A stretch of DNA of 35,219 nt, taken from Vezdaea acicularis. Lineage: Eukaryota. The position numbers and the translations under genes were made by a program. Below the pieces are notes generated by a model that was given only the letters and a program-made list of their open reading frames with translations, searched no databases and was not told where the DNA came from. The stretch covers positions 1 to 35,219 of the forward strand of contig JAPEUI010000150.1 of NCBI GenBank assembly GCA_026025075.1, written 5' to 3'. This document shows positions 24,928 to 35,219 of the stretch, piece after piece; position 1 is the first letter of the stretch, and each line of letters starts with the position of its first letter.

Positions 24928-26075
24928 TCAGACGCCTCTGTCTTTTACACCTCTCCACCGCCGGTAAAGCTTCTTATGCTGTTCAAGGAATAGGAATGTT
25001 GCTATGGTATGAGGTCCCAGCCGAACGAAACTTGGCACCCATCCTCTGAACATCCAGGTAATACCCTCTGCGCGGTAAATCTCTATTAGCAGCCGTAATA
25101 TTGGCTTGGACTCCTTTGAGCTCATGATTCTAGTCTTGATTACATCGACTGGACTACAGATCGTTGTCGCAACAAAGCCGGCAAGAAAAGACGCGGTGAA
25201 GTATGTCGTCAAGTCGTCCTTCATTGGTGTCTTTTGCAATAGGATTCGCTTGAAGCCGTCATAAGATGCAAGTTGTGATGCAGTCATTAATAGAGCTCTC
25301 ATCGAGTTCGGCCAAACGCCCCTAAATAAGCTCTTCCACCCTTCTTCTTTTGTCATTCTTATCAGCCCGTCAACTGCATGCTTGTAGTTTCGTCTTTGGT
25401 CTTTCGGTAGCGCAGCATCATGTTGCATACGAACGTTTAGAACATCGGCTGGGTTTCCGGCGACACCGCCTAAGAAGCCCGAGGTCGATGCCATCATGAT
25501 CAAAGAGGGGAACGAGGGTGGTTTCTTTGGTGTTGTGAAATCTTCTTTTAACTCCTCGTAAATACCAAAACGAGTTGTACTATATGTCACTGTTTCATAG
25601 CACAAGTTAGACCAGTTCAATCAGAGTCTTGAGGGAAGACTCTTACACTGGCGCATTATGCTGGCGGATAACTATAGAGATTGGTCAAGATTAGCTCGAA
25701 GGTTTAGGACGCATTGAAGTTACATACACCACTGTATAAACCAAAGAAGCCATCGCTTTTCAGTACGTGGATGAACATTCCGAACATTTTCTTGCTTGGC
25801 GCATCTTTCCCAGCCGTTTGTAACCGCACCTGCAGAAGGTCAGCTTTTCCTAGCTAGGCACGGTGATACCAATGCAATCGTACCTTCACTAAATGTTTTA
25901 TTAGTACTTGGGAACCAACTGAGCGGGCCCATCACCCTGAGTTCATACCTAGATCCAAGGGGTGTGTGACACAGGCCGCCATACAGGACGCGCTCCCTCC
26001 AAACCAGAACGGGTAATGCAGCGGAGGTTGTGGCGGAAAGTGAGCCCTCTTGCCTCTTCCGCTCGTCGACGACAT
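24928..26075 (-). CDS. DIC1: Mitochondrial dicarboxylate carrier (SLC25 family), ~306 aa
   Basis: Exons 26075-25949, 25888-25884 (5 nt), 25829-25728, 25671-25647, 25589-24928 (921 nt, open). Motifs HYPFWFGGSAS, THPLDLVKVRLQ, RQLTYSTTRFGIYE, GNPADVLNVRMQ, CSPVDVIKTR, RLGPHTI. Confidence 0.92.
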
Positions 26076-26296
26076 GATGGCCTTAATTGGTGGTGAAGCA
26101 TTACGTTGCGCCAGAAATTGCTGTTATGTAGCAAAAAAACATTGAAAGGAAACGAAGTTGAGCATTGCGGAGCGTAATTTCATCATACTGAACAAGAGTG
26201 GAACTCTCACCAGGAAATCTCCGGCCTCGCGCCGAGTTCTTATCGCTTGCCGTATTGGTGGTTGGAGAACTTGAAGCTAGCGGAAATTCCATAAGC
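26076..26296. promoter_or_regulatory. Compact divergent (bidirectional) promoter between DIC1 and MSF1
   Basis: Only 221 bp separate the two head-to-head start codons. Confidence 0.6.
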
Positions 26297-27787
26297 ATGG
26301 CACTCAATAGAGCTGGAAGTGCCATTGTGCTCAGGTCGTACTTGCGAAGAAGACCACCATCGCTTTGGTTCTTACAGTATCTGGTCCGTCAAAGATCTGC
26401 TTTAATGGGTCTGGGTCAGCTCCGTCGCCAATCGACTACTCCAAACTCTCTCCAGCCAGTATCAGCTCCCTCTCTACCACCAACGCTCTCTATTGCCGGC
26501 AGATCCTATAGAACCGACGAATGGACCAATGTCTCCTCCACAATAATCAACGCAGTCCCCCGCCGTCTACACCTCGAATCCAACCACCCCATATCAATTA
26601 CACGGCAAATAATTGAGTCCCGTTTCCCAGCACCAACCTATAAAACTTATAATAGTCTCTTCCCCGTCGTATCCGTTCAGCAGAACTTTGATTCTTTGGA
26701 CTTTCCGCTGGATCACCCAGGAAGGTCTCGTACAGATACATATTATGTGAACAAGGACACCGTTCTTCGGACGCATACGAGCGCGCACGAGGCCGATATT
26801 TTCAGGGCGAATGAAAGTGATGGATACCTAATAAGTGCTGATGTCTACAGGCGGGATGAGATCGACAGGAGTCACTATCCAGTGTTTCATCAGATGGAGG
26901 GGGCGCGATTATGGGATCGAGAGGAGGTGCCAAACGGCGATATTGCAAAGGCCGTCTGGGACGACCTGGAGAAGCTACCTAAACATGACGTGGCGGTGGA
27001 AGATCCCAACCCGACTATCCATCCGGAAAGAAACCCCTTGCAGTCGGAGCACCACACAATTGAAGAAGTAGATGCCGTCGCTGCCCACCTTAAGCGTTCC
27101 CTGGAAAATGTCGTTGTTGAAATATTTTCCCGAGCCCGACAGCCGGATAGCACAGCTACGAAAGCCACTGAGCCGCTCAAAATGCGCTGGGTAGAAGCGT
27201 ATTTCCCCTGGACGAGCCCATCCTGGGAGCTTGAGGTTTTCTGGGAAGGTGATTGGCTAGAACTCCTTGGCTGTGGTATCGTCAAACAGTCCCTCCTCAT
27301 CAACGCTGGAGTTCCCAATAAACTGGGGTGGGCGTTTGGTATAGGCCTCGAGCGAATAGCAATGTTTCTATACCAAATCCCGGATATCCGGCTTTTCTGG
27401 TCCAAGGACGCACGCTTCCTCTCGCAATTCTCTGCTACAAAACCAATAGCCCCTTTCGTGCCGTTTTCGAAGCATCCGGCTTGTTACAAAGACGTAGCAT
27501 TCTGGCTGAGGAGCTCGAGTAGCAGTGCTGGAGGTGGCAGCAGGAGCAATAGCCAGGACTTCCATGAGAACGATGTCATGGAGATCGTTCGTGATGTTGC
27601 TGGCGATGTCGTGGAGGATGTTCGGCTGGTGGATGAATTTGTCCATCCGGGGACTGGTCGAAAGAGCTATTGCTACAGAATCAACTATCGCAGCCTGGAG
27701 AGGACCTTGACCAACAGAGAAACCAATGCCCTTCACGAAAAGGTGCGAGAAACGCTAGTGAGCAGCTTAGGAGTAGAGCTGAGATGA
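26297..27787 (+). CDS. MSF1: Mitochondrial phenylalanyl-tRNA synthetase (monomeric, with FDX-ACB anticodon-binding domain), 496 aa
   Basis: Intronless from ATG 26297. Arg-rich presequence MALNRAGSAIVLRSYLRRR. Motifs HPGRSRTDTYY, LRTHTSAH, DVYRRDEIDRSHYPVFHQMEG, YFPWTSPSWELE, GWAFGIGLERIAM, CYRINYRSLERTLTN. Confidence 0.95.
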   Translation: MALNRAGSAIVLRSYLRRRPPSLWFLQYLVRQRSALMGLGQLRRQSTTPNSLQPVSAPSLPPTLSIAGRSYRTDEWTNVSSTIINAVPRRLHLESNHPISITRQIIESRFPAPTYKTYNSLFPVVSVQQNFDSLDFPLDHPGRSRTDTYYVNKDTVLRTHTSAHEADIFRANESDGYLISADVYRRDEIDRSHYPVFHQMEGARLWDREEVPNGDIAKAVWDDLEKLPKHDVAVEDPNPTIHPERNPLQSEHHTIEEVDAVAAHLKRSLENVVVEIFSRARQPDSTATKATEPLKMRWVEAYFPWTSPSWELEVFWEGDWLELLGCGIVKQSLLINAGVPNKLGWAFGIGLERIAMFLYQIPDIRLFWSKDARFLSQFSATKPIAPFVPFSKHPACYKDVAFWLRSSSSSAGGGSRSNSQDFHENDVMEIVRDVAGDVVEDVRLVDEFVHPGTGRKSYCYRINYRSLERTLTNRETNALHEKVRETLVSSLGVELR

Positions 27788-28023
27788 GGCGCTCTCTTGG
27801 CGGAGGCTTTCACTGAATTACGAAGCTGTTTGCTAAGGGAGAAGATTTATAATTCTGCCGCGCCAAAGCCGGTAGTTAAATGATATGCTCGCATGTGACC
27901 GTTTATACATGATGCAACAAGAGAGAGGAGGGATGTATATACAGAGTCTAGAGATCCTCCACGGCACCTAATGTGTCTGTACAGTAGAAAAAAGGTCTAA
28001 AATTACAACCGAGTGCAATTAGC

Positions 28024-28848
28024 TTAAGGGTTTTTCACAACGCCAACCTTTGCCGCCTATTGCATCGATTAGTACTCATTACAGGGAGGAGGTTAGGGTT
28101 GTAATAAACGTACTCTCAGCACCCTCCCATTGAGCATATAACCCTTCTGCTGCGTCATCATCACCGTCCCATCTTCCTTTCCTTCCACCGGCGTCTGAAA
28201 TGTGGCTTCCATAACCCTCGGATCGAACTTATCCCCGTTTTCACTAGGATCAAACTTTTTGATGCCATTCTTCTCCAGCGCTTGCATCAGCACCTTGTTC
28301 GTCATCTCTATGCCCCCATAAAAGCTTTTGAAATCTTTGTTGGACTCCATGACCTCCTTTGGCACGGACTGAAGCGCTAGATCGAGCGTGTCAGATGACT
28401 CGAGGAGGTCTTTGGCAAACGCTTGGTTGGCGAAGTCCTTTATTGACGCCTTTTCGCGCTTGGTGGTTTCTTGTAGGTTGCGAAAGTCCGCGACCGAGCG
28501 ACGCCAGTAGTCCTGAGGGTGATATTAGTGCAAGAGAACCAAGGCTTGGGGGGGGGGGCAATGGTATCGGCGGACCTTTAGCTCGAGAATCTCCTTCTTC
28601 AACGCCTCGATCTCCTTTTGCTTCGGATCTTCAGCTTTAGCTTCGCCTTTACCTTCAGCCAATACTTCCTCCTGCACGCCCTCTGATGTCTTTACTTCTC
28701 CCTCTGCTGTGGTCGATGAATACCATCTCGAGACAGATCTGCAGGAGGCGACTGGCAGTGCTATCCGCGGCGGTTGGTATCGACTTCTGACTAACGCTGC
28801 TGTGTTGCGTGATCTTAGAGCCCGAGAGACTCCTCTTAATTGCCACAT
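28024..28848 (-). CDS. MGE1: Mitochondrial GrpE nucleotide-exchange factor (~234 aa)
   Basis: Exons 28848-28576, 28512-28114, 28056-28024 (705 nt, open). Presequence MWQLRGVSRALRSR. Motifs RSVADFRNLQE, FAKDLLESSDTL, KFDP..MEATF, GYMLNGRVLR|AAKVGVVKN. Confidence 0.93.
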
Positions 28849-29489
28849 CGTGGGCTCTGTAATTGATTCTACTGGGGTAGCTCCGTGGAAACCGCAAGAG
28901 ATGTCTTTTGCACACGACAGAAAATTATTCCGTCACTTAGCGCAAGCTCTGACCTCAACCGGGATTACGTAAGGAATGTCTTGAACCGGAAAGTGCACTC
29001 CGCAATCATCTGGAACTACAAATCATCATCTAGAAAATCTAAACAGATCATAACAATTTTGCTTATATACGCCAGATTATTATATGAGATAGTTTGGTTC
29101 TAATTGACAGTCGTATGATGTGCAAGTGCTCGCGCTAGAAAAGTGATCCATGAAAAGGGCTGTGAAAGCGAGCGTGGTCTTTTCCCCAAATTTCACATTG
29201 TTTTCTTCGACGATTGTAACGTCCAGAAACAAATCCCCAAATCGAGTTGAGCCAAGAAAGAATTAGTCGTGCCTTAACTAATATAGTCACAATAATCAAT
29301 ATTAGAGGGTAATTTCTATAGCTAGTGATAGAATCCGGGGCGCTTACTGTAGCACACTGCTCACGCTCACGCCCTCACCCCCATTAGCATCTTCCACCAG
29401 CAAACCCCCACCCAAAAGGTCCTCCTTCACCATCCACCAGCCGCCGAACAGTCAAAATCAAATCCATCTCTCCCATCCAGCAGACCAAA

Positions 29490-30400
29490 ATGGCAAAAAC
29501 AATCAACAATCCGTATTCCCTCTTCGTCACCGATAGAAGTACTGACGAATCGGTCTCCGGCTTATGTATGGCAGAGCGAACGGGATGCCCAGTTTTCCGG
29601 AGCCTGTGGCCGATTGTACCAGTCTAGGTCTGAATAACCATTTTATAACACCCTTTTTGCTCCTGTTGGTATGTAGCGGGGACAAGGGTCTCCTATCATC
29701 GAAATCACTAGAAGCGTATAAAGGGCTTTCTATTTGGTGAGAGCCCCGCCTGTCAGCACCAGGCAGACTGGCATTTTCATCTCGTTGAAAGCGCACGCTT
29801 TCATGCTACGCAAAGAATATATCCGCCCTCCACACATGAAAACCCTAGCTAAAAGCAGCAAACCCTTCACCCACCCCGCCCCTCCCCTGCCACCCCCCCC
29901 AGAGCAGCACCACCTACCCAACCCACCCACCCCCAAACCCCACCCCACCCTAAGCCCCTCACTGCGCCCTCCCCTCCTCCCCGCGACCCTCCCAAACCCC
30001 CAAACCACCCCTCCCCCGCCCCCGCCCCACCATCAGCAAGATACGAACAGTTTTCCGCCCCTGACGTTTCACATCGTTGGCGTGCCACACGCCCAGAACT
30101 CCCGATCGGGGGGCGTTTGTGGCGCGGGGCTAGGGCGCAAAATCACTCATCTAGGACCACGGCGCTGGGTTTGGGGGATCGGCGATGGTGACGCTTTAGA
30201 CGTGTTTTGGGGAAGGGCTAGAGAGGCTGGAGGACTAGATGGGTTGGTTGAGGACGGGGCATGAGGGGGCTTTGCGGGGTATTTGAGATGGAGGGTGGGG
30301 GAGAACTTGGTGATGAATGGGGAGGATGGTGCAGTGGGAGGGCGGAGGGCACGTTTCATGTGTGGTCAGAGGGTAGAGGGTTTAGTTTTATTGGGAATTT
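29490..30400 (+). other. Possible degenerate gene or noncoding transcript with C-rich 5' and G-rich 3' halves
   Basis: C-rich leader, AAA ATG G at 29490, and a plausible intron at 29513-29574 (GTATTC..ACTGAC..CAG). No frame stays open; the 176-aa Pro-rich ORF (29734-30264) is low complexity. Confidence 0.3.
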
Positions 30401-30629
30401 GTGATTGGCTAGCTAGTACGCTTCCTTTATGTGAAAAGAGTGATAGATAGATGGAAAGAATGGTATAATTCGCCATGATATGAAGTGTGAAAAGGTAAAA
30501 AAGGACGGTGAGAAGGTATATTGCCGTGTACAGGCTCGTATGTGGTCATGCTAAGGTTGCATTATGTCGTGTAATATATACTTACTTTATTATCGAGTCG
30601 TTGAACCGTCCGAACTCATCAAGCTCTCG

Positions 30630-32538
30630 TCATGATAGCTGAGGGGACGTGCCGACTAAACGCTCGATATCTGTAAGGAGGCCTTGAATGGTGGCATCGT
30701 AACTGATCTCTAGCGACTCTATCGGCGATCTCTTTCGCAGGCCTTTCTGAGGGCTCTCAGGGCTTGCTGGCGGGGTGTCGTGTCCTTGAGACTTGATCGA
30801 AAATGCTCCACCCCTTTTCAGGGTGAGGGCTGCCGCAATGTGCTCGAGCAGCTTTTGACGGACTCGCGTGCGCCGGTTCTCAGCTTGCTCAAGCTTGAAG
30901 ACGACGTCATCGATGGAGAGCTCCAGTTCCGCAAGGGCTTCTTCACGCTTCAGAATGCTCTTACGCGAGAAGGCGCTCATTTTTGGAGATTTCAGATATG
31001 TGATTATCCGACTCCTCAGAGTGCGCCGGCTGCCACGGAGAGAATTGTGTGTTCTGCGTAGATACTCACATTGCTCATCTAGCTCGCGTAGCTCCTATTG
31101 CTTGTTGTCAGCCTGATCCGTGCCATCTAAGTCTCTGGAGATCTGCTTACCTGAGCGAGTGATTTGACATTATCAGAACTAAGAACTTCAAAGCGCGAAG
31201 CCTGCTCTTTGGCCTGATCCTTGAGCTTGTCCATTTCTTTTCGGCCCATCTCCATACTAGCCTCTGATACCTTGAATCCAAGAGGAAGTACCTGTAGGCT
31301 TTGTCTGTTACGTCTCATGCTGCTTCGCGCACGGGGTTCCGTGGAACTTGGCCTTACTAGACTATCTCTCCTCGGCGGTCTAGCAGATGCCATGTTCTGC
31401 GGATCCGAGAGATTCTTTTGATGTTCTCGGCCTCGGCTTACGGAAGGTATGGGTCTATCCCACTGGTGTGGTGATGCTTTCCCGTCTTTAGGAGAGCTTG
31501 GCGTCACAGATCGTGAAGTATTCACGAGGGTGACAGCAGAGCAGTTGACGTGTGCATTCGGTATTGGAGGGCGCCTCGTAGGCGGCGATATGCTACGGCC
31601 AAACCTCGGAGATTTGGGAGGGACAGGGGGTGGGCTGTCTCGTGGGCTGTCGGTATCGTCAAACTTAATAATTGATGGCTGTCCTATGGAACCGAAAGGA
31701 TCTCCTAGGGACTCATATGCCGGAATCATGAGCGGAGCCAAGAATCTCGGTGAGTGTGGCCTTGTCGTTTGAGAATCGTAGGGCCGGTCAGGGGTTTGGT
31801 CTGCTGACTTCGAATACATGGTCGGCGGTGTAGACGGATTCATGGAGGTGGGATTCGTTCTTCTCAAGTCAGTCTCTGTATTCGATGCGATAATATTTGA
31901 CATCATAGCGGCTCCAAATGGACTATACTGCCAGCCCGAGCGAGGCGCGCTGGATGATCGCTCGCGAGTTGAAGGCTGAGTGGGTGCAGAACGTATGGGT
32001 TGCTGGATTGGAAGTGTTGCTTTTGACATGTAAACATATATAGGATGGTTCAACCTCTGTTGTACACTTACGAGAGTCCATGCAGGTTTCTTGCACAGTC
32101 GTCATTGGTCCCAGCTCAGCCAAACTGACTTTTCTTCGGGTTTGGAGTGGTACACTAGGTCGCGGCTTCGTGCCGGCAGACATTCTTCGCGCTGCTTTCT
32201 CACTTCGGTGACCCATAGCAGAAGAAGAACGATTTGTAGCAAGGGCTAGAACTCTTTCTGGTTCCGTTGTTGCCCGGTTCAAAGGTGGGCTTTTTCCTGC
32301 CGTCGGCCAGAGTCTGTATTTCGGCTCACTCATCATCTGGCTCGTGCGCGAATGAAAGGTTGCCTTCCGAGGCGGGGAGCTTGCGATGACCTATATCATG
32401 ATTAGCATTGACACGAATTGAAAGGCATGAGAAAAGTCCAACCTCATCCTCCGGCGGCTCGCTGTATAGTCCTTTCGCTATCAGATTATTGAGGCCCAAG
32501 CCAATGTCCGACCTTATACAATCAGAAATGTGTGTCAT
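30630..32538 (-). CDS. Uds1 (up-regulated during septation) domain protein, ~582 aa
   Basis: Exons 32538-32443, 32390-32072, 32019-31151, 31094-30630 (1749 nt, open; alternative in-frame ATG at 32592). C-terminal FEVL...ELRELDEQCEYLRRTH.SLR...EEALAELE.SIDD...KLEQAENRRTRVRQKLLEHIAAAL matches the Uds1 coiled-coil pattern. Confidence 0.8.
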
Positions 32539-34940
32539 TGTATTGCCCTGGAGGTCTTGATCACTCGGTAAGTTGGATTGTTCGGCAACCATTGAAGCTT
32601 TGACAGGTAGTTGATCACGGATATGGCAGAAGAGTCCAGGACAGTGCGGGGGGGCCTGGGGAGGCTGGGCTTATGTACGAGCTTATGCGCAGGTATCATT
32701 AAGGTGTTTGGGAGGGTGCGGGCTCGAGAAGGCTTCTCCGAGCTGGACCCTTCGGACAACGGCCGCGAAGGGGCCATTACGAGGATGACTAACGGCATCA
32801 GTGAATCAGAAGCCGTCCTCGGTGATGGCGGGCCCAGCCTCCAGGGCGTATGTGAAACGGGGTGCTCTCTCGCCATGGTGTACAGTCCGTTGAGGAGCAG
32901 GTACAGAGGAGTTCGTACCGCCCGCCGCAGGATGAAGTCTCTTGTTGCGAGCCCCGTGAGGTACAGGACGTCCGATGCAGCGGGATCTAGCCGACGTTTG
33001 CATGCGTTAGAAAAACGTTTCTAGTGCTGGGCGGGTAATATCCGAGCCAATAGTGGGGGGCGCCGGAAGGATGGCCATATGCGCGGGGCAGATCGGCTGA
33101 ATGGTCTGTGCAGCTTCGAATCCTTCGAGGGCGCAGGCTTGCCCGGTCTGTCAGGCTTCCCGTCGAGACACAGAGGTTTATGGAAAGCTTGGAATGAGCT
33201 TGCCCGTAGCGGATTGGTCCCACACGTCGTGTCATGGGCTTCGCACAATCAACTTTGAGTGGCTAGGAAGGCGAGCGGTTGCGCAACGACGGCGAACAGC
33301 CCTCGGCACAGACCGACAACTCCTACACGACATCTTCTGCTAGTTTTGAGAAGCGGTCTGCGAATTACAGTCGGTGAAAGAGCTCACCCCGTAATTCTAA
33401 GCGCAACACCCTTGGTGATCTCTTCTGACGGAGATGCGCTGCTAGTATTCGTATATGTAGCTCGATGTAGTCGATGCGCTCCCGCAATAGACCATCTGAT
33501 GGTCCTAAGGTGGTGTGGCGAATGAAGGTACTGGTCCTGGAGACCGCACGATACAGCACTTGGTCGAGGCTGTGGATGGAGGCACTGAGGCACAAGCTTG
33601 GACGGCCTTTGCACGTAATGAGTGATTAGATGATTGATGCACGGAGTTCGGTAGACGTGTTCCGGTAGGTGGTCCGAACGTTAGCTCACCTAGAAGAAAT
33701 AATCCACAATTACGAAATCATGAAACGCAGATGGGAAAAGGCACCAACAATTCCCTTCTCAGCAATACAGTCGAGGATACGGAACACGCCGAAAGCTGTA
33801 ATCAGACGGTGAATAACCATATCGTCGTTATTGGCTGCTCCGCTGCAGTGCTATTAGCCTATATGCCCACGTGGAAGATGTCGGCGAGCAATCGGCACGC
33901 AACATCGGAAGATAATCCTGTCGCAGCACATAACCGACGCTATTTCATGTGGTGTGCAGTGTGATCCGGCGATCGTTCGATGCGACGGACTCGAGACGTA
34001 GCCCGTTCGCCAATGACAACAGACTGCTTGATAAGAAGACTGATTCGAAGGGTCTATAGCCTTGGTGTGTCTCAACCATTCCCAGCTCCTTGTTAAGCCA
34101 AACCGCTAAACTTGACGTTAATCGTTTCAACCTGTAATTCGTAGCCCGTTATCGCTGACGTCTACGTGTAGTGCACTCGCCAGTGTGATTCTCGAAGGTC
34201 TCGAAGGTTGTCGAAGCCTTCCTCGCGGCAGCTTTCCTTTGCCGCGGTAGCCTATAACGTGATTTTTTCCTAGCTTCGATGCTATCCTAAGCGGGAAAAG
34301 GATCTACCTTGAGAAATTATCCTGCCCATGAATAATTCTCGTATGCTATCGGAGGAGCCGAATCTTGAAGATCCGACCTGTGACGATTTCATCTTTCGGG
34401 GGTGCTGCTGAAGTAGACGATGGCGAGACATCCCGGGTCAACAAAGCACTCAACGTCAGATCGAGTGCCTCCCCCTCCTCGTCTGTGACATCGCACGGCA
34501 CTTGTAGCCCCGTTCGAGAAGCGTGGCGCGATCCTCTCTCGTTTGATCCTGCACTATTCAAGGGGTCCATCGTGAGCATTGACTGCGAAGTGCTCCAACT
34601 CCGCTTTTCAACGCACCCGCATTGCATGCGTTGGCAGGAAGCAAGCTGCAGAACCTCCTGTATGTGCATCGTAGCCACGTGCGACAGGCATGCATATGCA
34701 GGCAGACTCGTATATCACGAACTTCCATTCTCTTGCTTTCGATTCTGCTTTATTCTACGATTTGTTTAGGATGCTTGCACGCGTTCACCGTCATTGTTCA
34801 CGACGAAGACCTATGCCGTCTCGTTTCTGAACAATGAGCTAAACTAAGGGTCAACTACGAAAGTCGCGCTGTATTAGTCCGGAACAAGTCTTGAACTTGT
34901 TGCGGCATCGATATATTTATACCATGCAGTTTGGAAGGAC

Positions 34941-35219
34941 ATGCATTTCAATTCCCAATCACTCAATCCTGTTCCACGATTATATTGGAACGTTTCGAAT
35001 TTCAAGCGATTTTCTACAGCACTTTTTGCAGAGAAGTCTTCCTCCATGACGCAGCAGCAAGGATTTGTCCCCCCTATTGGGTATGCCGAGACCCTCACCG
35101 GCGCGGACTTTCGACTCAAGATGACCAAACTTGCTGGACTAACACTAGATATGGATATCCTCAACATCACCGTTGAGATAGGCGAAAAAGCCGCATATAA
35201 TGGATTCAGCGCATTGCAG
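34941..35219 (+). CDS. Possible partial ORF running off the window end
   Basis: Frame is open for 93 codons from ATG 34941 to the window end (MHFNSQSLNPVPRLYW...AYNGFSALQ). No recognisable motif. Confidence 0.25.
   Translation, partial: MHFNSQSLNPVPRLYWNVSNFKRFSTALFAEKSSSMTQQQGFVPPIGYAETLTGADFRLKMTKLAGLTLDMDILNITVEIGEKAAYNGFSALQ

Noticed and set aside
26198..26296. GTG-started N-terminal extension of MSF1 in the ORF track
   Set aside because: ATG 26297 directly begins a typical presequence. The extension is acidic and lies within the shared promoter.
28548..28558. G11 homopolymer
   Set aside because: It lies inside MGE1 intron 1 and has no coding consequence.
29830..29960. Telomerase RNA template-like AACCCTAG / ACCCTAAG
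   Set aside because: Neither gives ~1.5 copies of CCCTAA, and such words are expected by chance in C-rich DNA.

Overview
Eukaryotic DNA from a filamentous ascomycete (Pezizomycotina), judged from short ~50-60 nt GT-AG introns with CTRAC branch sites and from the gene content. I spliced the gene models by hand, and the main ones give continuous open frames. From left to right: (1) a 6-exon, ~1650-aa secreted protein (probable beta-propeller, three Ig-like domains, four WSC domains) with an internal 535-bp duplication; (2) a ~2.8-kb noncoding gap; (3) an island of three orphan, probably secreted proteins, one built from a tandem 6-Cys module I do not recognise; (4) a short-form alpha-aminoadipate reductase (LYS2) with a Gcn4/CpcA site; (5) acetyl-CoA synthetase (facA/ACS) with a possible CTG-initiated presequence-like extension; (6) a low-complexity protein with docking motifs; (7) a Y-family DNA polymerase iota-like gene; (8) three adjacent mitochondrial-function genes (DIC1 with a 5-nt microexon, MSF1, MGE1); (9) an unexplained C-rich-to-G-rich unit; (10) a Uds1-domain gene; (11) ~2.3 kb without a recognisable gene. 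I saw no tRNA, rRNA, CRISPR array or intact transposon. Most of the window is housekeeping, and the secreted-protein island is the best novelty candidate. All family assignments come from motif recognition, not database searches.
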